Assembly: GCA_045539335.1 (NCBI GenBank)
Contig: JAZQFD010000038.1
Location: 40 to 64,039 of the forward strand
From: Eubacteriales bacterium
GTDB taxonomy: Bacteria; Bacillota; Clostridia; Oscillospirales; QAKW01
Length of the DNA: 64,000 nt
Reading direction: 5' to 3'
Numbering within the stretch: the first letter of the stretch is position 1; each line of letters opens with the position of its first letter. The translations under genes and the position numbers were made by a program. Below are positions 9,989 through 18,502 of the stretch, piece by piece. The notes under the pieces were generated by a model, which searched no databases, was not told where the DNA came from, and worked only from the letters and a program-made list of their open reading frames with translations.

Positions 9989-10641
9989 GTTAAACTCCAA
10001 TCGATAGGTTGATTTAAAAATTCATTAACTTTTTTGAAATGTCCGCAGCCGAAAAAGCCGCTATAGGCCGAAAGAGGACTTGGGTGCGCCGCCTCCAGCA
10101 CCAAATGGGCAGGATTGGTGATCCGTTCCTTTTTAGCTCGGGCATGGCTGCCCCAAAGCAAAAAGACCATGGGCTCCTGCCGCTGATTCAGCAAATCGAT
10201 GATCCGATCGGTAAAAAGCTCCCAACCCTTACCCCGATGGGAGGCGGGGGCGGAATCCCGCACGGTCAGTACGGTGTTCAGCAACAACACCCCTTGCTCT
10301 GCCCACCGGCTCAGATCCCCATGGTCGGGGATTTCAAAGCCTAATTCCGCCTGCAATTCTTTATAAATGTTCTTTAAAGACGGCGGCGGGACCACTCCTT
10401 TTTGCACCGAAAAGCAAAGGCCATGGGCCTGCCCCGGCTGATGATAAGGATCCTGCCCCAAAATCACCACTCGTACCTTTTCATAGGGGGTTTTCTTCAG
10501 GGCGTTAAAAATATCATACATGGAAGGATACACCGTGTGTTGGCGATATTCTCCCTTAAGAAATTCCCGCAATTCTTTATAGTAGGGTGCTTCAAACTGA
10601 TCCGCCAGCAGCGCATCCCAACTATTGCCCAATTGCACCAT
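9985..10641 (-). CDS. ung: Uracil-DNA glycosylase, family 1
   Basis: Motifs VILGQDPYH...[10 protein letters not shown] and the C-terminal HPSPLSA leucine-loop region. GAGGTG RBS is present. Confidence 0.92.
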   Translation of the reverse strand: MVQLGNSWDALLADQFEAPYYKELREFLKGEYRQHTVYPSMYDIFNALKKTPYEKVRVVILGQDPYHQPGQAHGLCFSVQKGVVPPPSLKNIYKELQAELGFEIPDHGDLSRWAEQGVLLLNTVLTVRDSAPASHRGKGWELFTDRIIDLLNQRQEPMVFLLWGSHARAKKERITNPAHLVLEAAHPSPLSAYSGFFGCGHFKKVNEFLNQPIDWSLT

Positions 10642-10650
10642 TTTTTCACC

Positions 10651-11031
10651 TCATTCCCATTTTTCGCATAGCCTGCGGATTCCTCGGCATACAAACCGAA
10701 TGGGCACTCCCAAAAGAAACCACAAGCAGCTATACGGCAAGCAGATCTGCCCCATAAAATGAAAGGGCTTTTTGGAATAATCCCACACATTCTGCTTTAA
10801 ACATATATTGAAGATAAAACCAAAAACCAGCTCAATGCCGGTGATGACCGCCGCCGTTTTGCAGCAGATCCAGCGAGCTCCTTTTTTCCCGCAAAGGGGA
10901 TAGAGCAACAGCCCCGCCACACCCCCTGCCAGCGCCATGCTCCAATGGGTTCTCCCCCGCCAGAGCAGCTCCAAAAGAGGGTAGCCCACAAAGCCCACAG
11001 TAAAGACTGCCATTTTTTCACTTTTTTTCAT
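10651..11031 (-). CDS. Small polytopic membrane protein (CmpB / 'putative ABC-transporter type IV'-like, DUF1113-like)
   Basis: Four hydrophobic segments and a VWDYSKKPFHFMGQICLPYSCLWF block typical of that family. The ATG at 11031 has an AGAGGTG RBS. The track start at 11061 is TTG. Confidence 0.6.
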   Translation of the reverse strand: MKKSEKMAVFTVGFVGYPLLELLWRGRTHWSMALAGGVAGLLLYPLCGKKGARWICCKTAAVITGIELVFGFIFNICLKQNVWDYSKKPFHFMGQICLPYSCLWFLLGVPIRFVCRGIRRLCEKWE

Positions 11032-11072
11032 TTTGAACACCTCTTGCTTTAGGGTGTTCAAAATTCATAGAA

Positions 11073-11408
11073 TTAGCCGCCTATTTTGGTGCGATCCACC
11101 CAGACAATACAGGCGATATAGCCCAAGATCGTCCATCCCAGCAGCAAATTAACCAGCAAAAAGGTCTTTCTCTTTTTCATCGCCTTGCGAAAAGCAAAAT
11201 AAGACGGTAGTGTATAGATGGGGAAAAAGACCATGGACGCCACCATCACCACCAAATAGGCCGCCGGAGGGGTCATGCCGGTAAAGCCGGTATTCAGGCT
11301 GAAAAAGGCCACCATCGCCGCAATCATGGCGGTGGAAAAGCAAAAGGCCCAAAGGATCTTCCAAAACAGATAGATCGGATTTTCTTTTCGGGGCACCGGA
11401 TACTCCAT
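11073..11408 (-). CDS. Superinfection-immunity-like small membrane protein (Imm_superinfect-type C-terminus)
   Basis: 111 aa with three TM segments. C-terminal IYTLPSYFAFRKAMKKRKTFLLVNLLLGWTILGYIACIVWV matches the NlllGWT..G...a.vW pattern. Confidence 0.55.
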   Translation of the reverse strand: MEYPVPRKENPIYLFWKILWAFCFSTAMIAAMVAFFSLNTGFTGMTPPAAYLVVMVASMVFFPIYTLPSYFAFRKAMKKRKTFLLVNLLLGWTILGYIACIVWVDRTKIGG

Positions 11409-11572
11409 GGGGCTCCTCCTTTTTTTAAAACTAAGAGGGCGGAAAGAACCTCTTTTCGCCCCATCCTCATCTTAACATATTATTTAAAATTTTTCCATTG
11501 AAATTTTTACCAAAAAAGATATAATAGAATTGGTAGTTGTAACAATAGTTTTGGAAAGGAGCATAGGATCCC

Positions 11573-12457
11573 ATGGGAAAAAGTGCCTTGGTAATTGTAA
11601 ACCCCTTGGCAGGGCAGAAAAAATCAAAAAAAATCATGTTTGACATTGTGGATGCTCTATCCCATGCAGGATATCAGGTTTCCGCCCAAACCACCACCAA
11701 GCGTGGAGATGCCACCGAACTGATCCAGGAATACGGCAAAAAGCAGCAGTTGATTGTTTGCTGCGGAGGAGACGGCACTCTCAACGAAGTCATCAACGGT
11801 ATGCTGGAAGCGGGCTGCACGGCTCGGCTGGGCTATATTCCAGCCGGCACTACCAATGATTTTGCTCGTACCCTTAAATTGCCTAAAAAAACCGAAAAAT
11901 GCATTTCTCATATCATCAACGGCGGTGCTCGGCGGTTGGATATCGGTGCCTTTAACGGCCGAAACTTTACCTATATTGCCTCCTTAGGGGCTTTTACCAA
12001 AATCTCTTATTCCACCCCTCAAAAGCTGAAGAATATTTTCGGCCATTCGGCCTATCTCATGGAAGGGGTTAAAGAAATCGGTAAGATTGATCCCTTTAAA
12101 GCAGTAGTGGAGGTGGACGGAGAGACCATTGAGGGAGAATTTGTATTCGGATCGGTCACCAATTCCACCTCTGTGGCAGGGCTTTTTAAGCTCAATGAGT
12201 TGGATGTGCGCTTGGACGATGGTGAGCTGGAACTGACCCTGATCCGCAACCCCAAAAACGCCAATGCACTGGTGCAGATTCTGCGGGGCTTGGTCTATTG
12301 CCGCTATAATCCGGAATATGTGGTTTTCAAGCACGCCAAAGAAGTGATCATTAAAACCGAACTCCCCCAACGCTGGACGCTGGACGGTGAGCGAGGCAGC
12401 AAGGTCACCGAAGCCCACATCAAAGTGATCGACGGTGCAATCCGCTTCATTATGTAA
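11573..12457 (+). CDS. dagK: Diacylglycerol/lipid kinase, YegS/BmrU/DagK family
   Basis: Family motifs NP.AG, GGDGTLNEVINGM and GTTNDFAR. AGGAG RBS is present. Confidence 0.85.
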   Translation: MGKSALVIVNPLAGQKKSKKIMFDIVDALSHAGYQVSAQTTTKRGDATELIQEYGKKQQLIVCCGGDGTLNEVINGMLEAGCTARLGYIPAGTTNDFARTLKLPKKTEKCISHIINGGARRLDIGAFNGRNFTYIASLGAFTKISYSTPQKLKNIFGHSAYLMEGVKEIGKIDPFKAVVEVDGETIEGEFVFGSVTNSTSVAGLFKLNELDVRLDDGELELTLIRNPKNANALVQILRGLVYCRYNPEYVVFKHAKEVIIKTELPQRWTLDGERGSKVTEAHIKVIDGAIRFIM

Positions 12458-12460
12458 TAA

Positions 12461-12497
12461 AAAAATCCCGAAACCATGCGGTTTTCGGGATTTTTTG
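12461..12497 (+). terminator. Rho-independent terminator after dagK
   Basis: TCCCGAAACC/GGTTTTCGGGA stem followed by T6. Confidence 0.8.
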
Positions 12498-12578
12498 TTT
12501 TTTTCTTTTCACTGTACGGTTTTTTGGACACCGTTCTTGTTACAATGCAATTGTAATCAAAAGAAAGGAGAAGAAAAA

Positions 12579-12734
12579 ATGAGCATTATTTGGTATGTAT
12601 CGGTGTGCGCCGTGTTCTTTGGTGTTGCTTACGCCTTCTCCAAAAGAGAAGAAAACAAACGCCTGCGTGCCCAGCTTTCCGCCACCCTGCAAGAGGCGGA
12701 GTTTCCTCGCCGATTTGTGAACCTGAGCGCATGA
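12579..12734 (+). CDS. Hypothetical 51-aa single-TM protein
   Basis: MSIIWYVSVCAVFFGVAYAF... is preceded by AAAGGAG at an 8-nt spacing and followed by a strong hairpin terminator. No homolog was recognised. Confidence 0.45.
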   Translation: MSIIWYVSVCAVFFGVAYAFSKREENKRLRAQLSATLQEAEFPRRFVNLSA

Positions 12735-12736
12735 AA

Positions 12737-12772
12737 AGAGCCTCCAAGGAGTTTTTCCTTGGAGGCTTCTTT
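12737..12772. terminator. Bidirectional terminator between the small ORF (+) and EEP lipoprotein P1 (-)
   Basis: 12-bp stem AGCCTCCAAGGA/TCCTTGGAGGCT flanked by an A-run and a T-run. Confidence 0.75.
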
Positions 12773-14148
12773 TATCGATACATGAAATAGGGACCGTTTT
12801 CGCCGTAATCATAGGGCTCACGCCAGTATTGAGAATAATCCGGCGTGGTGCCGATCCGCAAGCGAACCAAAACCGCCCAGTGATCCGAAATCATACCCTT
12901 GGCGATCCCCTCTTCCGGATAGTCATAGAGGGTATAGTCCATGCCATAATAATCCACGCAAACATTGGGATGGGGCTTCATGGTAATATGGTCGATCTGG
13001 GTTTTGCCGCCCAGCTCCGATTCGGGAGGAATCTGACCTTTATTAAAATGAGAGCCGTTGTAGGAGCCGTTCAAGGGGCCCAGCTCGCAAAGACCATCGT
13101 CATTAAGATACATAGCCATATCCCGCAGGTCAATGATCTTATCCCATTCGATCATGGTATTATAATCCTCTCCTCGATAGGTGGCATTATAGTCGCCGCC
13201 CACAAAGGCATAGGCATCGGGCTCCATCTTTTCAAACCGCTGATAGAACAGCTGCATGGCGCCTACGCAAGCCTCCAGATTATCGGAGCCATGATAGGTA
13301 TGCAGACAGTGGATATATACGATCTCGCCGGTTTCCTTCACCTGCAGCTTTGCCCAAGTGGAAACATCCGCACCGGCCTGACCACTGAAGCCGGGGCCCT
13401 CCTGCCAGGGGGTGGGAGAGATCCAGAAATGGCCGGTATCCAGGGTCTTAAAGGTGGCGTTTTTCCAAATGACCGGCTCACTCATCAAATGGCCGTCCAA
13501 GGTGGAGTGGCGATCATGATACACATAATCATAAACCTGCTCCAGATAGGGATCTTCATTAAAGAAGTTTTTAAAGGTGATCTTGGCTTCGTTAAAGAAA
13601 ATGACATCGGGGTCTTGTTTCTTGATCATGGTCTTCAGGCGGCGAAGACGATTGTAAATGTTATTATTGGTGCCGTCCCCCTTTTCGCCATACGCCGCAT
13701 AGCCCGCATGCTTTACATTCTGAGAGATCATGGTCAAGGCAGTACCGCTGGACTCTTTTTCCATCTTGACCCATTCTTTTTCCCCATCCTCGGGGTTCTT
13801 GGTATCCTCAGGATCTTTGGTATCCTCAGGCTCCTTAGAGTCTTCAGGGTCTTTGGTATCCTCCGGGTCTTTCGTGTCCTCAGGATCTTTGGTATCCTCG
13901 GGCTCTTTGGAGTCTTCAGGATCTTTGGTATCCTCGGGCTCTTTGGAGTCTTCAGGGTCTTTGGTATCCTCCGGGTCTTTGGTGTCCTCAGGATTCTTGG
14001 TGGGCTCCTTCTTATCGTCGCCGGACTCCTCTTCCAGCACATCGGCAACGCCGAAGCCTTCCTCCTCTTCCTTCCCCTTACAGCTTGCCAGCATGGTAAG
14101 GCTCATGGTCAATATCAGTAATAAACAAATCCATCTGAATTTCTTCAT
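12772..14148 (-). CDS. EEP-family (endonuclease/exonuclease/phosphatase fold) lipoprotein, paralog P1, with (PEDTKD)n acidic spacer
   Basis: Lipobox MKKFRWICLLLILTMSLTMLASC. EEP blocks are SQNVKH, FFNEA, CLHT, GGDYN, QIDH and SDHW. The ATG at 14148 has a GAGGAT RBS. The upstream extension to 14187 runs through the P2 terminator. Confidence 0.85.
   Translation of the reverse strand: MKKFRWICLLLILTMSLTMLASCKGKEEEEGFGVADVLEEESGDDKKEPTKNPEDTKDPEDTKDPEDSKEPEDTKDPEDSKEPEDTKDPEDTKDPEDTKDPEDSKEPEDTKDPEDTKNPEDGEKEWVKMEKESSGTALTMISQNVKHAGYAAYGEKGDGTNNNIYNRLRRLKTMIKKQDPDVIFFNEAKITFKNFFNEDPYLEQVYDYVYHDRHSTLDGHLMSEPVIWKNATFKTLDTGHFWISPTPWQEGPGFSGQAGADVSTWAKLQVKETGEIVYIHCLHTYHGSDNLEACVGAMQLFYQRFEKMEPDAYAFVGGDYNATYRGEDYNTMIEWDKIIDLRDMAMYLNDDGLCELGPLNGSYNGSHFNKGQIPPESELGGKTQIDHITMKPHPNVCVDYYGMDYTLYDYPEEGIAKGMISDHWAVLVRLRIGTTPDYSQYWREPYDYGENGPYFMYR
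13793..14008 (-). repeat. In-frame 18-bp tandem repeat (~12 units) encoding (P-E-D-T/S-K-D/E)n in P1
   Basis: The unit GGATCTTTGGTATCCTCA and close variants are read directly on the plus strand. Confidence 0.9.
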
Positions 14149-14166
14149 CGGTATATCCTCATCTTT

Positions 14167-14201
14167 TGAAAAAAGCCTGCCGATCACATCAAGCAGGCTT
14201 T
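14167..14201 (-). terminator. Terminator after P2
   Basis: AGCCTGC/GCAGGCT stem followed by T6 on the minus strand. Confidence 0.6.
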
Positions 14202-14211
14202 TTATTCTTAA

Positions 14212-15648
14212 TTATCCAAGTACCTTGGCAGGCACATTGCTTTCACGCCAATACAAAGGACCATCACCATAATCATGGGGCATCATGTACTGGGAATAAT
14301 CCACATTGGTATCAATGCGGACATCCACGATCAACGCATAGTGGTCGGAGATCCAGCCTTCTTGGGCACCCTCTTCGGGGCAAGCATAACGACCATAATC
14401 ATTTCCATAATAATCAATGGTCATTTTGGGATTGTATTTTGCCATCAGATGGTCGATCTGCCTACTGCCGCCGGGATTGGCTACATTGGCCACATTGTTA
14501 TCAAAAGCGGAGCCGATAAAGGAACCGTTCATTTCGCCCAGTTCGCACAGATCATGCTCCCAAAGGTTCAAAGCCACGTCACGCAGGTCAACGATCAAGC
14601 TCCAATCCATCATGGTATAGTACTTCTCGGTACGGTACTGCACATTATAGTCGCCGCCGGCAAAAAGATATTCATCCGGCTTCATCTTCTCTACGATCCG
14701 CAGATACTGCTGGAAAGACTTGATCTGGGACACCTGACCGGTATGGGCATAGTGAACACAATAAGCGGTAAAGACCGAGCCGGTCTGCTTATCCTTTACC
14801 TTTACCCAGCAGTTTACATCGCCATAATCGGCATCGGCATCATAAGACTTGGAGGGACGGTCGGGGGTTTCCGAGGTCCACATATAACCCTTCTCCAATT
14901 CCTTATACTTGGAGGTCTTCCAAAGGATGGGCTCGGTCTGACGACCGCCATCCATGCTGGGGCTGGGGTTTCTCCAGGTCCAGCAAATATCATAAACCTG
15001 AGAGAAATAAGGGTTATTTTCAAAGAAATCAATGGTGGCCGCACGGGCTTCCTGCTCCATGATGATATCGGGATCGTACTTCTTCACCATGGTGGTAAAA
15101 CGGTTCAGACGGTTGATCTTAGAGATGCTGGTACCGTCACCCACCACGCCGTAGCTACCGCCGGAGTGCTTAATGTTCTGAGAAAGGAAGCGGATCTTGG
15201 TGCCGCTGCCGTCATCCTTTACCGGCTCTGCCGTTTTAGGATCAAACTGCTCCAACTCATCATCCTCAAAGATCGGCTCATCGGAAGGTTCCTCCTCAGA
15301 AGGATCATCGGAGGGGTCCTCATTGGAAGGATCGTCGGAAGGATTCTTGGAGGGATCCTCATTGGAAGGATCGTCCTTATCATCCGGTTCATCGGCAGGG
15401 TCATCCTTATCGTCGGGCTCGTCGGTAGGGTCATCCTTATCGTCGGGCTCGTCGGTAGGATCATCCTTATCGTCAGGCTCGTCGACAGGGTCATCCTTAT
15501 CGTCGGGCTCTTTGGTATCATCGTCTTCTACCTCGACCCACTCGCCGGCGGTTGCGCCCTCTTCTTCATCAACGGTTTTGCAACTTGCCAGCATGGTAAC
15601 GCTCATAATCACAACCAACAGCAAGCACAGCCATCTCAAATGCTTCAT
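14212..15648 (-). CDS. EEP-family lipoprotein, paralog P2, with (DDKDDPxDEP)n acidic spacer
   Basis: Lipobox MKHLRWLCLLLVVIMSVTMLASC. EEP blocks are SQNIKH, MEQEA, CVHY, GGDYN, QIDH and SDHY. The ATG at 15648 has a GGAGGA RBS. Confidence 0.85.
   Translation of the reverse strand: MKHLRWLCLLLVVIMSVTMLASCKTVDEEEGATAGEWVEVEDDDTKEPDDKDDPVDEPDDKDDPTDEPDDKDDPTDEPDDKDDPADEPDDKDDPSNEDPSKNPSDDPSNEDPSDDPSEEEPSDEPIFEDDELEQFDPKTAEPVKDDGSGTKIRFLSQNIKHSGGSYGVVGDGTSISKINRLNRFTTMVKKYDPDIIMEQEARAATIDFFENNPYFSQVYDICWTWRNPSPSMDGGRQTEPILWKTSKYKELEKGYMWTSETPDRPSKSYDADADYGDVNCWVKVKDKQTGSVFTAYCVHYAHTGQVSQIKSFQQYLRIVEKMKPDEYLFAGGDYNVQYRTEKYYTMMDWSLIVDLRDVALNLWEHDLCELGEMNGSFIGSAFDNNVANVANPGGSRQIDHLMAKYNPKMTIDYYGNDYGRYACPEEGAQEGWISDHYALIVDVRIDTNVDYSQYMMPHDYGDGPLYWRESNVPAKVLG
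15370..15510 (-). repeat. In-frame 30-bp tandem repeat (~4.7 units) in P2
   Basis: The unit GTCATCCTTATCGTCGGGCTCGTCGGTAGG is repeated head-to-tail. Confidence 0.9.
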
Positions 15649-15738
15649 AATCAGGTCCTCCTTGCGGAAAAGATATATATACACATTAATAATAACATAT
15701 TAATTGATAAATGCAAACCTTTTTTGCATTTTTTTAAC

Positions 15739-15770
15739 AAAAAAAATCCCCAAAGAGATTCTTTGGGGAT
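15739..15770 (-). terminator. Terminator after P3
   Basis: TCCCCAAAG/CTTTGGGGA stem followed by T8 on the minus strand. Confidence 0.75.
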
Positions 15771-15780
15771 TTTAAAGACA

Positions 15781-17130
15781 TCATCGCCAGTAAATAGGAT
15801 TATTGCCGTAGTCATGCTCGGTTTGATAATAGGTATAGTCGGCATCGGTATCCAGCCGCAACTTTACCACCAAACCATAGTGGTCGGCAATATAGCCGCT
15901 TTGAATATCATCGGCAGGGTAGGTATAGTGGGTATAGTCAAAGCCATAATAGTCGATGGCCATATGGGGGTTGGGCTTTGCCATCAGATAGTCGATCTGA
16001 TGCTTATTTCCGGGGGTGGGATCTTCTTCATTTTTATCGAAACGACCGGCGGTGCCGCTGCCGTACATGCCACCCAATTCGGTCAGTCCGTCGGTATACA
16101 TATTCATGGCCACATCCCGCAGATCCATCAGCTTATCCCATTCCATCATCATCATATAATCATCGCTGCGATAGAGCACATTCCAGTCGCCGCCGATAAA
16201 GGCATAGGTGCCATCCTTCAGATCCGCAACGGTATTGCTCAGCTGCTCTTGGGATTTGAGCTGGCCGGTTTCACCAAAGCCGAAATGGTTGGAATAGGCA
16301 TAGAACTCCACGCCGGTGGCTTTATCCTTCAGCTGCACCCAAGTAATGATACGACCGTATGCCGATTCATCATCATAAGAGGTAGAGGGCATTTTGGGGG
16401 TTTCGGAAAGCCAGAAAAAGCCACTGTTTAGCTTGGTATATTTCTTGGTTTTCCAAAGAAGGGGGGTACACTCATCGCCGCCGGGTACATCGCCGGGGCC
16501 TCGCTTTTGCCAGATGACGGTATAATCCGCAAACAGCTCACTTTCAAAGGCTTTGGTCCAGCCGATACGCCCTTCTTGCCCTAAGATCACATCGGGATCA
16601 TGGGCATCCACCATGGCACGGAAACGGCGAATACGGTTATAAATGTTGTTGCCGGTGCCGTCGTTTTTCTCACCTAAACTGACGCCGGCGTGCTTTAAGT
16701 TCTGAACCAAAATAGTTACCGGAGTGCCGCTGCTTTCTTTTTCCACAGGGCCGGGCACAGAAGGCTCATCCTCCGAAGGCTCATCCTTAGAGGGTTCGTC
16801 AGAAGGCTCCTCATTGGAGGGCTCATCCTTCGAAGGCTCGTCCTTGGAGGGTTCGTCTTCCGAAGGCTCATCCTCAGTGGGATCCTTATCGGAGGGCGCC
16901 TCAGAGGGCTCCTCATCGGAAGGTTCGTCCTTCGAAGGCTCATCCTCAGTGGGATCCTCATCGGAGGGCTCCTCTTCAGACGGCTTTTTATCGCCGTTGT
17001 CTTTATCAAAATTACCGTCCAGGGTCTCGGTGAAGCCCAATTCTTCCTCCTCCGAGCTCTTGCAGCTTGCCAGCATGGTGACACTCATCACCAAAATCAG
17101 CAGCAAACTAATCCATCTTAAATGCTTCAT
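15781..17130 (-). CDS. EEP-family lipoprotein, paralog P3, with (EPSxD/E)n acidic spacer
   Basis: Lipobox MKHLRWISLLLILVMSVTMLASC. EEP blocks are VQNLKH, GQEG, SNHF, GGDWN, QIDY and ADHY. The start at 17130 lies only 16 nt after the P4 stop. Confidence 0.85.
   Translation of the reverse strand: MKHLRWISLLLILVMSVTMLASCKSSEEEELGFTETLDGNFDKDNGDKKPSEEEPSDEDPTEDEPSKDEPSDEEPSEAPSDKDPTEDEPSEDEPSKDEPSKDEPSNEEPSDEPSKDEPSEDEPSVPGPVEKESSGTPVTILVQNLKHAGVSLGEKNDGTGNNIYNRIRRFRAMVDAHDPDVILGQEGRIGWTKAFESELFADYTVIWQKRGPGDVPGGDECTPLLWKTKKYTKLNSGFFWLSETPKMPSTSYDDESAYGRIITWVQLKDKATGVEFYAYSNHFGFGETGQLKSQEQLSNTVADLKDGTYAFIGGDWNVLYRSDDYMMMMEWDKLMDLRDVAMNMYTDGLTELGGMYGSGTAGRFDKNEEDPTPGNKHQIDYLMAKPNPHMAIDYYGFDYTHYTYPADDIQSGYIADHYGLVVKLRLDTDADYTYYQTEHDYGNNPIYWR
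16761..16985 (-). repeat. Imperfect in-frame short tandem repeats encoding the Pro/Ser/Asp/Glu spacer of P3
   Basis: Reiterated GAAGGCTCATCCT/GAGGGTTCGTC-type units. Confidence 0.7.
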
Positions 17131-17146
17131 CTTCTTTTCTTCCTTT

Positions 17147-18460
17147 TTATGTTTCAAAATACATGGGGCCATCCCCATAATCATAAGGCTCTTCCTGATA
17201 TTGGGAATAATCGGCATCGGTGGCGATCCGCACCTTGACCACCAAGCCGAAATGGTCGGAAATATGCCCCGGCTTTACGTCGTCGGCGGGGTAATCATAG
17301 GTGGTGTAGTCAAAGCCGTAATAATCCACCGCCACATGGGGGTCGGGCTTCATCATCACATAGTCGATTTGACTCCCTTCCTTTTTGACCTCCGGCATCA
17401 AATGCACATCCTCGGTGGCGGCATCATAATTCACATTGGTGCCGGTATACATTCCGCCCAATTCCGTCAGCCCATCATCATACATATAAAGGGCCACATC
17501 CCGAAGATCCACCACCTTCTCCCAGTCCATCATGCTTTCATAGGCAAATTTGCGGTAATGGGAATTGAAATCTCCGCCAAAAAAGGTATAGATTCCTTCT
17601 TCCATTTCATCCGCCACCTGATGATATTGCAGCATGGAGGGAACCACAATATCGGCATCATTTCCCGGTCGAAAATGGGTAGAGGCGCAATAGAGCTTTT
17701 CGCCGCTGGCTTTTTCCTGCAAAATTGCCCAGCTGACGATGGTTTCTCCACCATCATAGCTGGAGGGGACATGCGGAGTTTTACTCAGCCAGAAAAAGCC
17801 TTGATCAACCGCCTTAAAACGGGCCGTTTTCCAAAGAAGCGGCTCTGCCTGCACTCCGTTTTCATACCGATAGTGGGTGGTGTAGGTCTCCATAAAATAC
17901 CGATCCTGCTCCGTCAAAAAGGAGATAGCGCCCTTGCGGGCTTCGCTATAAAAAATAATATCGGGATCATGGGTCTGCACCAAGGATTTAAAGCGGCGCA
18001 TTCGGTTATAGATATCGTTGCCGGTGCCATCCCCTTTAACGCCCATTCGAGTGCCGGAATGGCGCACATTCTGGGAAAGAAAGGTGATGGCCACTCCGCT
18101 ATCCTCTTTTTCCACCGGCTTTGGCTTTTGCTCCGGTTCCGAAGGCGGTTCCTCTTGGGGAGGCTCCTCATCAGGCTTCTCCGAGGGGAGTTGCTCCTCC
18201 TTGGGTTCTTCCGAAGCATCCGGCGTTTCTTGGGGCGGTTGCTCCACATCCGGTTCTTTATTTGTTGGGTCGGAAGAGGGCTCTTTTGGAGAATCCTCTT
18301 CCTTCTCCGGCTCTTTTTCCGGCATTTTTTCTTCTTCCTGCTCCAGCACATCGGCAATGCCGAGATTCTCCTCTTCGGGGGCTTTGCAGCCTTCCGAAAG
18401 AGTCAGACACAGAGCCAAAAGTAACAAAAAACTAATCCATCTTAATTGTTTCATTCTCAT
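17147..18460 (-). CDS. EEP-family secreted protein, paralog P4 (atypical lipobox, non-repetitive Pro/Glu spacer)
   Basis: Signal peptide MRMKQLRWISFLLLLALCLTLSEGC has Glu at -2 of the lipobox. EEP blocks are SQNVRH, YSEA, STHF, GGDFN, QIDY and SDHF. Confidence 0.8.
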   Translation of the reverse strand: MRMKQLRWISFLLLLALCLTLSEGCKAPEEENLGIADVLEQEEEKMPEKEPEKEEDSPKEPSSDPTNKEPDVEQPPQETPDASEEPKEEQLPSEKPDEEPPQEEPPSEPEQKPKPVEKEDSGVAITFLSQNVRHSGTRMGVKGDGTGNDIYNRMRRFKSLVQTHDPDIIFYSEARKGAISFLTEQDRYFMETYTTHYRYENGVQAEPLLWKTARFKAVDQGFFWLSKTPHVPSSYDGGETIVSWAILQEKASGEKLYCASTHFRPGNDADIVVPSMLQYHQVADEMEEGIYTFFGGDFNSHYRKFAYESMMDWEKVVDLRDVALYMYDDGLTELGGMYTGTNVNYDAATEDVHLMPEVKKEGSQIDYVMMKPDPHVAVDYYGFDYTTYDYPADDVKPGHISDHFGLVVKVRIATDADYSQYQEEPYDYGDGPMYFET

Positions 18461-18463
18461 TTA

Positions 18464-18495
18464 CCAAAAAGGCGCCTTCACAAGGGAAGACGCCT
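18464..18495 (-). terminator. Terminator after P5
   Basis: AGGCGTCTTC/GAAGGCGCCT stem (one mismatch) followed by T5 on the minus strand. Confidence 0.6.
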
Positions 18496-18502
18496 GATTT
18501 TA

